A stretch of 61,012 nt of DNA, counting the filler, from Collodictyon triciliatum (lineage: Eukaryota): NCBI GenBank assembly GCA_043381765.1. It is 3 parts of 3 records of this genome, joined end to end, with 100 filler letters (N's around TTAATTAATTAA, not from the genome) between each part and the next. Parts side by side here need not be neighbours in the genome. Positions count along the whole stretch, not along the records: positions 25,026 to 49,900 come from JBHJMP010001065.1; 2 more parts are not named here. One strand, written 5' to 3'. Each line of letters begins with the position of its first letter. Position 1 is the stretch's first letter. Below are positions 28,866 to 41,700 of the stretch, one piece after another. The translations under genes were made by a program, and so were the position numbers. The notes under the pieces are model-generated. The model had not been told where the DNA came from and did no database searches. It was given only the letters and a program-made list of their open reading frames with translations.

Positions 28866-29379
28866 ATGATGACTCCGAATATCACTACAAGCTATCTCAA
28901 TCAGCACCGAATCCTTCCACTTTTCCAGGTACAAAGTTACACACTTCCCTACCGTTCAAAAAACAGAAAACAAACAAATAAGCAAACAGAACAAACAGCA
29001 TCTTTTACAGTCCTGCCACTCGTGAATACTAGAATCCAATGGCCAGCACAAAATAAGTTCCTGAAAGTATGATTATGACACGAAGCATAGTCTAACCGAT
29101 CGTGTTTTAGGAGCTGACGGCTCTCCTAGTGTACGTCCAACCAGCCAATCCGCGCCAATTCCTCATCGATTCGTTGGAGAAGATCAAGCAAAAGAATGCC
29201 TTCCCATACCGCCCACAAGACATGGAGTTTCTCTTCCCGGCCCTAACAAACGTAAACCCCATTCCTTGCATTTCTGTTGTATCTATTTTATTCCCTTATG
29301 TTCTCCTTTATACTTTATTATTATTATTACTATTATCATTATTATCATTATTATTATCATTATTGTCATCATCATTATC

Positions 29380-29411
<32 letters not shown>

Positions 29412-30693
29412 AGTCGTGCCTTCCATTCGACCTTGCCCAAAATCTCCATCTCATTTAACGAGAAATATTCTAAGAACGAACATATTTGTACCGAGAACAA
29501 GATCATCATATCCATGATACCTCTAACAGGCCACCGAAGAGCGGACCTCTGTACAATCCAAGCCCTTCTCGAGCAAAGGAACCAGCACCCCAGAGTCCCC
29601 ACCCAAGAAGGCGCCAGCTCAGGTACCCGGCAGCAAAGCAACACAACCTCCGATGGCTGATGAAGAAGAAGCAGCAGTGAGAATCCAATCGGTTTACCGA
29701 GGGCACAATGTTCGCAAATCAAAGAAAAAGAAGCAACACAATGTCAGCTTCAACCCTGAAGACGAAGAAAAAGCCGCCACTCGCATTCAAAGCATGTATC
29801 GTGGCCATCGTGTTCGAAAGTCAATCTCAAGCGCGCCTGGTGAGGACGAGAATGCCAATGCCACACACTCTGATATTCAAAGAGCACCTGACACGCCCCG
29901 AAGCCCAGCTGTTGACGAGGCCGACGCAGCTTTGAAAATACAGTCTGTTTATCGAGGCCATCGTGTCCGTAAGTCTGTTTCCCACGGCTCAGGCGATGAA
30001 GCAGCCGCACACCGACCTACTTCAAAGGGCAAAAAGGCTCCATCCACTCCACCGATGCCGGCTATCGACGAGGCTGACGCAGCTGTTAAGATTCAAAGTA
30101 TGTATCGCGGTCATCGCGTCCGCAAGTCCAAAAACCATCCCGCACCTCAAGAGGAAGAAGAGCCCAGCCCTCAGCCACAGTTTTTGGCGCCTCCGAAAGG
30201 CGACTTCAATGAGGCTGATGCGGCTGTGAAAATACAAAGTGTATATCGCGGGCATCGCGTCCGTAGGACAATGCCACAGGGCTCTTTCAAGGCTGGCGTG
30301 TTGTTGCAAGGGCAAAGCCCCGAAGAAGCTGTTGCTCGGGCAATCGACCACTCCAACGCTTTGCAAGCAGGACGGGACGACGAGGACGACCAGGAGCTCA
30401 GCAAGGCAGCCGTCAAAATCCAGAGTCTGTATCGCGGCCACATTGTTCGCAAACAAATGGGAGGTATCCCAGAAGAGTCAGAGGACTTGGTTCCCAAGGA
30501 AGACGGTGAGGTCTTGGAGCAGACAGACAATACACCAGGGCTTGTAGTTGATGATGTGGACGACCCTGAGCAGGCTGAGCGCGCCGCTGTTCGGATTCAG
30601 GCTTCTTTCCGCGGCTACCAAGCTCGCAAGGAAGTCAAATCCATGCGTGGTGGACAGGACGAAGGAGGCAATGAGGAGCCTGCCGGTGAATGA
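28866..30693 (+). CDS. Protein with an N-terminal RIIa/Dpy-30-like docking domain and seven IQ calmodulin-binding motifs; exons 28866-28928, 29111-29251, 29530-30693
   Basis: YLNQHRILPLFQ/ELTALLVYVQPANPRQFLIDSLEK (D/D-domain pattern) splices in frame via GT-AG introns into an ORF with 7 x AAxxIQSxYRGHxVRK-type motifs. Confidence 0.8.
29315..29410. repeat. (ATT/ATC)n intronic microsatellite
   Basis: Direct reading. Confidence 0.9.
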
Positions 30694-31171
30694 GCCCGTG
30701 AGAGAATATATGAAAGAGAATGGAAGGCATTAAAAGAATCAGAATAATTATCGTAGCCGCTCACTCGCCACATTGGCTCCTCTATAGAAAAAGCCTAGCC
30801 TTGTTCCCAGCCTTGTGTTGTGTTATGTCTTATAACGTTATGTTATGTAATGTGGAGTTCTGTGTGAAGAAATCTACCAAGTGGTTGCGGTGCTGGTTTT
30901 GGTGGCTGTTCTCAGTGTTGCGACGCACTCCACCCTCGGCGTATCCCGGCTTTGACCTTTTCCACATTTGCTTGATTTCCATTACATTGTTCTGAGAAGA
31001 AAATTCCAGATATGGACAATGAGATGCGAAGGTATAAATATAATCGGATGGCTTCATTTCATTAACTGGTTTTTCCATTAGTCGTATAAATTCTGCTGCA
31101 AAAGGGTCAGAAGAGACAGCTGCCAAAATCACACCAGAGCAAGTGAAACTAATGACTCTGTTCTGAATCCC

Positions 31172-32044
31172 ATGTCCTCATCGCATATCCTTGATGTTGT
31201 TAGAGACACAAAAAGAGACATGTCGAAAGAGCAGCCCCAACCGTCGGAGAAAAGCGCTAGTGCAGCACCCACACAAGGAGCATCTTCGACGCAGACGTTC
31301 ACAATCACTTTTGGAGATCAAGCCGAAAATCATGTAGGAATGCAGAAAATCGGATCTATGGCGCCCTCTGGACTTACCTTGGCAGACCTGAATCAGGCAA
31401 AGAGCTGGTTTGAGAGCCATGGGACCGTATGTGAGTTGATTGAGTTGTCATATGAAGACTGCAAAGGGTATGTCCTCGTTGCTAGGAATGGCCTCAAAGC
31501 CGTATTGAATGACAGCGAAACCGCAGAAAGGGATTTCTTTTCGGAACAAGCAACACTGCCCAAGGATACAAAGGCGTTCATGTACGGACGGGTGGTTGAA
31601 AAGCACGCACGATACAATCTTTGTTTTTCTGAGTTTGACCAAGAGCCAAACTACGAATCCGGGAAAGGCAGGATTGTATCCTTCGCAAAGTCACCCCTTC
31701 TGAAGCAAGTCAGAGAAAGCCTTCCGATGATCTTTGGAGAAAAGACTCGAAACTTGCAAGCAGAAGGGAACTACTACTATGACGTTAAAAAGTGCGGAAT
31801 CGGCTTCCATGGAGACACAGAACGGAGACTGGTGGTTGGGGTGCGTGTGGGCGCTGCAATGCCTCTCCATTTTGTCTGGTATTTACAGAGCAAACCAGTT
31901 TCAGGACCCACAGTCATCAACCTTCGGGGCGGCGACCTGTATGCGTTTGAGGAGAAAGCAGTGGGCCAAGATTGGAAGAAGAAGATAATCCCCACCTTGC
32001 GGCATGCTGCCGGCTGCCTGAAGTTCCTCCAAACTAAAAAATGA
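31172..32044 (+). CDS. Intronless 2OG-Fe(II) oxygenase/AlkB-like protein resembling a giant-virus (NCLDV) family
   Basis: 290-aa ORF with EGNYYYD..CGIGFHGDTERR (HxD), GDLY and distal LRHAAG His; N-terminal TITFGDQAENHVGMQKIG and KHARYNLCF motifs recalled from NCLDV proteins. Confidence 0.75.
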   Translation: MSSSHILDVVRDTKRDMSKEQPQPSEKSASAAPTQGASSTQTFTITFGDQAENHVGMQKIGSMAPSGLTLADLNQAKSWFESHGTVCELIELSYEDCKGYVLVARNGLKAVLNDSETAERDFFSEQATLPKDTKAFMYGRVVEKHARYNLCFSEFDQEPNYESGKGRIVSFAKSPLLKQVRESLPMIFGEKTRNLQAEGNYYYDVKKCGIGFHGDTERRLVVGVRVGAAMPLHFVWYLQSKPVSGPTVINLRGGDLYAFEEKAVGQDWKKKIIPTLRHAAGCLKFLQTKK

Positions 32045-32700
32045 ATAAAGTAATCCAGGGTTTCTTTCATATTAAGTGTGTTTGTGCGCTCGTGTGTGTA
32101 TGCATATATGCGCTGTATCTGCTCAGTTTCAATGGGTCCGCGAGTTGAAACAATGGTGCGTCGGTGTCTTTTGAGGTGATATTGTGCCGTGATGAAAGGC
32201 CGCGCTGCACCCTTTCTGGTTATTCTGGAAAATATGCACGTGTAAGTTTTTAACTCTATATTCTACCCGGCAGTCATCGCAATTAGCAGTAAAAGTCGAT
32301 TCATATTAGTGCTTGGTTATTGGTGGTATTGTTATGGATCACGGACATTGGAGCAGAAATAAGAAAGCATATGCAGAAAGGCCTTTCCTCACCCAGAAAT
32401 CAGAAGAGACTAATCGCCAGCAAGCGTTTTGATCGTCCAAGTGCGGCAGAATCCTCGCCTCGACTAATCCTCTGGTTACCCGCGCCTAAGCCCCAATCAC
32501 AAAGACACGAATTATAATCCATTCTGCTCTGGAAAACTGAAGCTGCGAAATTCTTTTACACAAAAAACCTTTCTTGCCTTTTGTATGCATAAACGACTCG
32601 CGCTATGAGAGGCGAGTTCTCTTGTCCTTGTTGTCCTGTGTCTCAAAGTTCTGTCGTGGTCCAAACAGTTGTAAAGGAAGTATATGAAGAAAAAAACCAA

Positions 32701-33085
32701 GAGAAAGAGAAAGAGAAAGAGAAAGAGAAAGAGAAAGAGAAAGAGAAAGAGAAAGAGAAAGAGAAAGAGAAAGAGAAAGAGAAAGAGAAAGAGAAAGAGA
32801 AACAGAAACAGAAACAGAAACAGAAACAGAAACAGAAACAGAAACAGAAACAGAAAGAGAAACAGAAAGAGAAAGAGAGAGAAAAAGGGAAAGAGAAAAA
32901 GAAAAAAAGAATAAGAAAAGGAAAAGAGAAAGAGAGAGAAAAAGGGAAAGAGAAAAAGAAAAAAAGAATAAGAAAAGGAAAAGAGAAAGAGAAAGAGAAA
33001 AGGAAAAAGGAAAAAGGAAAAAGGAAAGAGAAAAAGAATAAGAAAAGGAAAAAGGGAAAAAGGAAAAAGGAAAAAAGGGAAAAAA
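32701..33085. repeat. Compound purine-rich microsatellite (GAGAAA)n(CAGAAA)n plus a ~57-bp duplicated A/G unit
   Basis: Direct reading. Confidence 0.95.
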
Positions 33086-33206
33086 ATATGGAGAGAGAGG
33101 GAACATCCAGCTCTATTTGCTTGTACGGCAACTGCTTTTGTTTCTCACTCCTGAATCCCCCTCAAATGGAATCTCTAAGGTAAGAAAAAAGAAGGAAGTT
33201 ACCACG

Positions 33207-35388
33207 ATGAACCTCCTTCGACGCCACTTCAGAACCTCGGCAAGTCTCGCACCAAGGCTTCACAAATCCTTCAGCACCAGCAACGTCTGCAGCATAGAAC
33301 GTACTGCACGACATATTCCTTTATCACAACCCAAAAAATCAAAACAAAACTTCGTGCGTTCAGGAAACGATTTCATATCTCCATTATGTCTGACAACTCG
33401 ACTTGTACAAGAGTTTAATATGAATAACTATTCAAATCGACATTTCTCTTTCAGAAACAATCGAGCAGCACGGCCGTTCTATCTATCTTGACACCCTGGC
33501 GACCTCTGCCCTTGATCCGCGAGTCCTGGATGCAATGATGCCTTTTATGACAGAGATGTACGGGAATCCGCACTCCCGAACACACCACTTTGGTTGGGAA
33601 ACTGCCCACTTTGTCGAGGAGGCTCGCGGGGTAATTCTTTTATTTCCCGTTCAATGTCGCTCACAATCGACGTGTATTAAAGCAAGTCGGCAAGTGAAGT
33701 AAATGGCCCTGTGAAATCTGATAGCACATATCCTTCATTCATAGCTATGATTTCGTTTCTCTAAGATACACTCAATATAAGTTTATCAAAATTATTATTT
33801 GAAATGGATTGTGTCTGTATCAAATCCTATGTATTTCTTGTTATAGAAAGTCGCGTCCTTGATTGGAGCGGATTCAAGAGAGGTGGTGTTTACTTCTGGT
33901 GCGACCGAGTCCAACAACATCGCCATTAAAGGAGTGGCCCGATTTTACAAAGAAAAGAAGAAGCACGTCATCACCACCCAGACAGTAAGACTACGCACGA
34001 TTTCTCCATCATCTCAGCTATCATTCTTAATAACATCGCTTGCCATTATCGTCTATTAGGAACACAAATGCGTCCTTGATTCATGCCGCGCTCTTCAAAT
34101 GGAGGGATTCGATGTGACATATCTCCCTGTGGAAACAAACGGCCTTGTTAATCTGAAGACACTCGAGGAGGCTATCCGTCCGGACACTGGACTTGTATCT
34201 ATCATGGCGGTGAATAACGAGATTGGTGTCATCCAACCTATTGAGCAGATTGGCAAGGTTGAAATCATATTCATTATCGTAACCGAATTGTAATCGTTTG
34301 TAATTGTAATAGTAATAGTAATCACAATCACAATCACAATCATACCTTGAACCACAGCTTACTCGATCGAAAGGCATTTTCCTCCACGTGGATGCTGCCC
34401 AGGCAACTGGGAAAATTCCCATCGACGTTAACAAAATGAACATAGACTTGATGAGTATCAGTGGACACAAAGTCTACGGCCCGAAAGGAATAGGTGCACT
34501 CTATGTGCGACGAAAGCCTCGCGTGCGACTGGAAGCGCTCTTCAGCGGGGGCGGACAGGAACGCGGGTTCCGAAGCGGCACTCTGCCTGCCCCTTTGGTT
34601 GTCGGACTCGGCGCAGCTTGCGACGTTGCAAAGAAGGAGATGGACCGGGATTACAAGAGAATCACCGCGTTGTCGGAGCGTCTCTTCAATGGGGTCACAG
34701 CAAAGGTAGCCCCGCCCCTCATAAGCCTATTCCCCAATGTTTTACATCAAATAAAGAGAAAAGAAGAAGAGGAGAAATAGTGACAAGAACTTATAAATTT
34801 TGATTCCAGCTTTCACATGTGACCGTCAACGGAGACTTTGAGCATCGGTATCCTGGCTGCCTCAACATGTCCTTTGCGTATGTGGAAGGAGAGAGTCTGC
34901 TGATGGCTCTCAAAGGAATCGCCCTTTCGTCCGGTTCTGCTTGCACATCGGCGTCACTCGAACCATCATATGTCTTGCGTGCACTTAAAGTCAAAGAGGA
35001 CCTGGCACACACATCCATTCGCTTCGGCATCTCCCGCTTCACAACAGAGGAGGAAATCGACTTTACTGTGAATCAAGTATGTATTCTGTTGAGTGCATTT
35101 TCTTTTTTTTTCTTGTTTAGATTTGTGTCTCTCATTTTTTACACCTTCCCCCTTCCCCCTTCCTTTTTCCCGTACCCTTGCTGGTATTTGTTACCCGAAT
35201 ATTGGGCTGCGATATGTGGCTTTAGCTCTTCCGGGTCTAGTTTGTAGATTCAATTCGTGGAGGAACTTACCTTTCATACATGGACTTAGATTGTCACCCA
35301 AGTCAGTAGACTTCGCGAGATGAGCCCGTTGTGGGAAATGGTTCAGGAAGGAATCGACTTGGAGAAGATTGAATGGACACAACACTAG
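33207..35388 (+). CDS. NFS1: Mitochondrial cysteine desulfurase (IscS/Nfs1), multi-exon
   Basis: Arg/Ser-rich presequence [52 protein letters not shown] (PLP lysine), [14 protein letters not shown], ends EWTQH-TAG. Confidence 0.97.
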
Positions 35389-35625
35389 CAGCAACATAAA
35401 ATAAAATTTGTTCTCTTCTGTATCCGCTTATTATTAGCTCATCCTATTCGATTGCTACAGGTGTTTGGCTGCAACAAGATATTTTCGAAAGAAAAAGAAG
35501 ACGATTGAGTGAGTCCCATTTGTTCTCCCTCGGAGTTGTGATGAAAATGGTTGTAGAATTTGTATCGATGATTTAATCTTATTCCTACTACACTCAATTT
35601 CATATACAAATTGCTTGCTATTTCT

Positions 35626-37553
35626 TTACGATTCAATTACTGCTACAATTGCGTAATCCACCCACTCCTTTTTGAAGTTTATTTCTGTTGGAAAGATGAA
35701 TGTAGATGATAAAGCTGTGGAGGAACTGAGTTGCTTTTATCAAAAAGAAAAAAGGTTGCATTCACACGTGGGTCTATCACAGTACCAAATGAATCTCTTT
35801 CAGCTTCTGCATGAATATAAAATGATTGTAAAGACACAAAAATAATAATAAAAGAATAAAGAATTGATTCAGAATGCATAATATGGGAATAAGCGAGGCG
35901 ATATTCCCAGATGCGATTATCTGAAAGCCATTCTGAGTCAAAGTCGGGAGACTTGGTTACCTGGATTCCTGACAGGCAATCATTAACCCCGTTCAAAAGC
36001 ATTTTTGTCTCGTCAATATCTATTTCCACAAAAACAAGGATAAAGAACATGTTATGATTTCACAGGCACGGCCCAGGTTTCAAAAATCAAAAGCTGAGAA
36101 AATCAATTTATCTTATTAAGTTTTAATATTTCTCTACAAGAATCGCACATAGGGTTGTGAATCGAAGATATTATAATTATGTATGCACAAGAGGGAATTC
36201 TTCATCTTTAACTTTACAACATGCATATTGACCTTGTGATGAACTCAAATGAATGCGAAGTACATCCAGTTTGGCATAGATGGCGGCGATGGCTGCAGAA
36301 ACAACTTCGCGATGACCCTTCGCGCTAAACTGACTGGTTCCTGGTGTTCCAGTCTGAATCGAGGTTATGGTTTCAGATATTGTTGTTTCCTTTTGTTTAT
36401 GGAACTGAAGGATTGAGGTGTCGATGGAAAATAAAAACAAAACAAAAAAAACCTGGAAAAACCATAGAAATACGAATTATAATTATTTTTTTTACAAGAT
36501 ATTACATGAATGAACGCACTACGCCCTGTAAGCATGTCCTTTCCAGATAAAATTGAGTCCATGGTGTATATTTAATATTTGACTTTGGGAATGTTCCTTC
36601 TTAATCAAGACTTGGATATGGTACATTTCTTGTTTGTGTGTGTTGCCTGATTCATATATAATACAGATGATAGAGAGAACAGTAAATACTGCAGGGTTTT
36701 GGTGTGGCTGTGGCTGTGGCTGTGGCTGTAGCTGTAGCTTTGCTTTTAAGGTTTGGTGTGGTTGCGTTTGTGGATGAAGACTTTCAGCACTCTTTGGTTT
36801 AAAAGGTTTAGGCATTCAATTGCAAACGAAAACGATTTTCAAGTGGATGGAAAATATTATTCCACAATTTAAAAAGAACAGATATACTCTGTGGTTAATA
36901 TGTTATCCAAAACATGTAAATAAATGGAAATGGAAAACCTTTGTCTTGATTTCTGGAATTCCTGTTATTGCGTTTGATTCAACAGGAATCCAGTTATTGC
37001 ATGAAACACAAAACAGCTGGTTATTTCGGTTTTTAATCAACGGCACCTTTGACAGTAAATGTGTTTAGATATATTTCAGATAAAATCTCAGTAAATAGTG
37101 AGTGATTGCTGATCATTTCACTAATTCCTGGGGCATGAATCAATTCAATTAAATAGTTGAACTAAGATTCGTATACCGTGCAGCCCTTGTTTGGACAACA
37201 ATCATTTAGTAGAATCCATCCCTCTAAAAGTTTCTTTGCAATTGCAGCGCTGTGTGTGTCATTTTTCCGACGGCGAGCTTCAATCTGAGTCATTTCTTCT
37301 TCACTGGGAGGTTTCCAGTCTGATGTATATTATATATAGAGAAAAGAAGTAGAATTTTGTTAATCAAAATGGGGAGAATAGGAAACATGCATATATATCA
37401 CCAATGACTGAATCGATACATTACCATCCATGTCGTCATCTTGATATTCCGATGGGGTAACTTTTGACTTTTCTACTGATTGTCATATTTTGAGGACAAT
37501 AAACCCAAAAGATTGAATCCACAGTAACATTAAAGTCGGGAATGTATTTTTTA

Positions 37554-37647
<94 letters not shown>

Positions 37648-38371
37648 CATCATCATTTAAAAAACAATAGGCAAAAATTGGATTTTTCTCTACGAATATA
37701 ATTTTAATGGAAATAAAAACATAATCTTATGTAGCCATATAAACCTGCTTTTGCAGTAGTTTGTATCTCTGGTGCTGCGGCTGGTTTTGGTGAAAGAGAG
37801 GCTGCCGGGAGCTATTCAAATATTGCCCAGACATGCATTAACGATGTAAAATCATAGAACCATGGGTATCTCCAGGAATCATTTTACCACAGTATAAGTA
37901 TCTTCAATTAGTGCCACTGTCTTTTTTCTCACATATCACAGCAACAACATGATAACCCCTTCCAATACAACTATCATACAAACACCACACAAAGACACAA
38001 AAAATAAATATGAAAGTAATATGATACAGACTTGCGAAACTGAAAAGCCTTGTGGAACTTCATTTTCCCTCAGGCAGTACATCTCACACTTTACACAGTA
38101 TATCGCTCCTTGCTTCGATCTGACCAGCGGAATCTGCTCCAGAGTTTGTTAACACACGAAAAGTGTGGCAAAAAAAAAACCTTTAAAAAAGCGAAAGAAG
38201 TGGGGGGAAAAAAGAACTGAAAAAAGGAATAATAAAAAAAAAAGCGAAAAATAGTGTTGTGAGACAATGTGGTACCGTGCAGTTGGGACAGTTGTCTGCT
38301 AAGAGAGCCCAGCCCTCAAGAAGGCGCTTTGAGAGAACTGAGACGTACTTGTCGGACCCGCTGCTGGACAT
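35626..38371 (-). CDS. ZNRD2: SSSCA1/ZNRD2-like protein with two Auto_anti-p27 zinc-ribbon domains; 3' end approximate
   Basis: LSKRLLEGWALLADNCPNCT/IPLVRSKQGAIYCVKC and a second copy IAKKLLEGWILLNDCCPNKGCT/VPLIKNRNNQLFCVSC. Confidence 0.75.
37555..37655. repeat. (TTA)n intronic microsatellite
   Basis: Direct reading. Confidence 0.95.
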
Positions 38372-38526
38372 TCTTTTTCTGCTTCGTCAGCACGAATCTG
38401 GCAGCGGAGTTTGCCGTGAGCAAGAAAGCGAAAGTGGGCTGGGGCCAGTGCAAACAGGACAAGGTTTTCGAGGGCGTGTGTATACTCGTACTTACGCAAT
38501 ACTGAGAAAATGGTTTGTGAAACGCA

Positions 38527-38612
38527 AAAAAAAGAAAAGAAAAGAAAAGAAAAGAAAAGAAAAGAAAAGAAAAGAAAAGAAAAGAAAAGAAAAGAAAAGA
38601 AAAGAAAAGAAA
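38527..38612. repeat. (AAAAG)n microsatellite
   Basis: Direct reading. Confidence 0.95.
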
Positions 38613-38789
38613 AGTCGAGCATTTGTTCATGTTGCCTGGTATAATTACGGATACGAATATATGTATTTTTCATGTTGAGATTTTGGTTTGAAATTGATAC
38701 TCTATTAATAATGAGATGAGCTCGTCTGTAACATTTATTTATTTATTTATTTATTCGATTCAGGTGTCAGTACACCGCACAAGGAGACT

Positions 38790-41700
38790 TCAAGGCTTTG
38801 GCTGCGTAAAAAGACGGGAAAGAATGTGGTTTGTCTTGGTCGGGTCTGCTCGCTGGTTGCTCAGGCGCATTACTTCTGACATAAACACACCCAACAGCTT
38901 CTTTTCTCCTTTAAGGAAGCGCTCCGTCTTTGTTTGCATTTATAAATTAAAAACAAAATAAAATATTGTGCCTCTAAAAAAAAAAAACATTTTCTAACCA
39001 CCAAGAGCGTAAAAGAAAAAGAAAAAGAAAAAGAAAAAGAAAAAGAAAAAGAAAAAGAAAAAGAAAAAGAAAAAGAAAAAGAAAAAGAAAAAGAAAATAA
39101 AAGAGAGATAAATTAGTTGTATGAGATTACTTCGTTTGGATTGGCATCGAAAGCCTGCTGACAGAATTTCTCCAGCGCAATATCATCACTGATAATGGTG
39201 AGTCCTTGTTCCTTTGTAGATAAACAGTGTTACTTGTTGACTCATATATCATATACTGATTCCAGTTCAGAAAGGAATAGCTCTTGGGTTGCTCGAACAT
39301 AGGCAGATGTAATTCAGATGCAAATAAGTTTATATTAATTTATATGAGAAAGCCGCACTGTGGCAATTTGTTCTGGATTTTTGTGTGGCTCTTCAAAAAG
39401 GTGCTCGATTATTTTTTTGGCCATATGGTCTATTGGAAAAAAAAAGTACACGGGTAATCATCAGAGTCATGGCAACATTCAAACTGCATCCTCGCTGGCG
39501 AGAGTCTGACTCTTTTGGGGTTGATTATATCAAATATTGTCTCTTTATGTTGCTTTTGCAATTTTCTCATATATAACTGGATAACTGTCCGACTGAGCCT
39601 AAATAATCATAAAATATATTCAAAACTTACTTGATATCGCTCCAGATTCAATCATAAGTACTACATTCCTTATGTAATCAGCGGGGATGGGTGACTCTTT
39701 AAGTGACTTATTGTCTTTCCTCAAGTACTTGAATATTTCTGTGGTGATTCTATTGGTACCAGTAAATTATTATTTTTAAAAAATAAATAAATAAATTGTA
39801 TGATATAACTTAACACGATGAGGACTTAGGCATTTTCATTAATTAACTGATTTGTGTAACTCACAAGTTCGAAACTATTTTAGGGCTGCATCCAACACTC
39901 GCCTTTGTATTTAGTGGGTTGGCTTCTTATTATTCATCATAGATTTTGTGTAATAAAGGAACATAATGAAAGTGATTTGATCGAATAGAAAAATGCATAT
40001 TGATGATAATGACCTGCTCGAAAAATTCTACGCCCCCATCTTCGTGAAGTAATACATTCGCATCGTAAGGCAGTAATCCGTACTTATTCAACAGTCGTTC
40101 TCGAACAGCGTCTGGTAACTCTGGTAAGTTATTTTTGATTTCGTCGATGGCACTCTGTGTGTAAGTAGAGTGAATCATATTCATTCGATATCATAAAACA
40201 TTGTGTAAAAATCGATATAGTTTTACTCGGATGATAATATCAAACCAACTATATCATTAATTGTTGAATTATTTATTTTTTTTACTTCAATTACCTGCTT
40301 AATTTGTAGGGGCGGAAGGTCAGGTTCTGGGAAAAATCTATATCCAATTTTTTTTTTCATACGAATCTCATGCTAATATTCAAGAATTTGATCTAAAGCA
40401 AACTGCAATAAAAAAATATTCTTCGATAACAAAAGTTGTATGAGTAGTTATCGATAAACAAGTATGTATGCCGATTATCAGAAAAACCAAGGAAGGGAAA
40501 AAATACAAACCGGTAATCTGCCTCTGATTCTTTGTCACGCATCGGTAAGGTTATACCAGCAACATTATCAAACGTTAGCGTTTCCATTTTCACACTCTCG
40601 CCCGATTCAATCAACTTAATGTGCCTCTGAACCTCAAAGTCTTGGGAGTATTTCCCCCATCATTTACCATCAGTTATGAAATGCAACAAATAGAGCTTTT
40701 GTAAGTAAATGAATCCTTTGTCAAAATTAAGTTTCTTTTTAAAAAGAAAACTAAAAGAGTACCAAATCAATAGTATTTGAATACTTCTATAAGTAAAGAA
40801 ATGATGAGAAGGTATATAGCGTACCAATGGCCTTCATCAACGACTTAATACTATTCAGGTTTTTTATTTCTGTCCTGACACCGAAAGCATCCCCTGGTTT
40901 CCGAACAGAAACATTTACATCACACCGCAGCGAGCCCTGCACGATTTCATATACGAGTCAGATACATAACATAGCAAGGCCCATTTAATTTTGTGATAAA
41001 AGATGTGGTAATTTTTGAAGCTACATACATGCTTCAACAATAGTGCATTTGAACTTACATCCTCCATATTGGCTGGGCATGTTTGGATGTGTTTCAACAA
41101 AAATTGAACTTTTCGAACATATTCCCCAGCTTCGGCACTTGATCTGATTTATGTTTAATGTTAACATGGAGATGTTCTCTTTTCTTTTCGTTCTTGGTTA
41201 AGGGACTAAAAATACATGCAAACCACAGTTCAATATAAACATGTACAGATAAATAAATAGTATTATTAGAAAAATAACACTATATACATAAATAGTACCT
41301 CATATCAGCATCGCTTACTATTTCCATCAAAGACATTCCTGCTCGATTCAGATCGACCAAACTAAGAGATGGATGTTGATCATGTATGCTTTTTCCACTG
41401 TCCTATAGGATATTTTTTAAATACATATATAGGGAATTACATAAATGAGCAATATGTGCTAAGTATATTGGTTCAGTTGGTCTCCATTTGTGTGTAAATA
41501 GCTAAATGAAGATGATGTAAGAGAAAATAGGAACCATTTCAAGCTTCAATGCTTGCACTCGCACTTTTCTAGTATACTGGTTAGGCTTATCCATGTGTAG
41601 CTCTACGAATCCATTAGAAACAAGTGGGGCTGCATATGGGGGGAAATTGCATACGAATTAAATAGAAGAAAAAATGACTATTGTCAAAGTGGCTGGTCTA

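Noticed and set aside
30830-31132. 100-aa minus-strand ORF next to the oxygenase, as a second viral gene
   Set aside because: Non-ATG start, upstream in-frame stop, no recognisable motif
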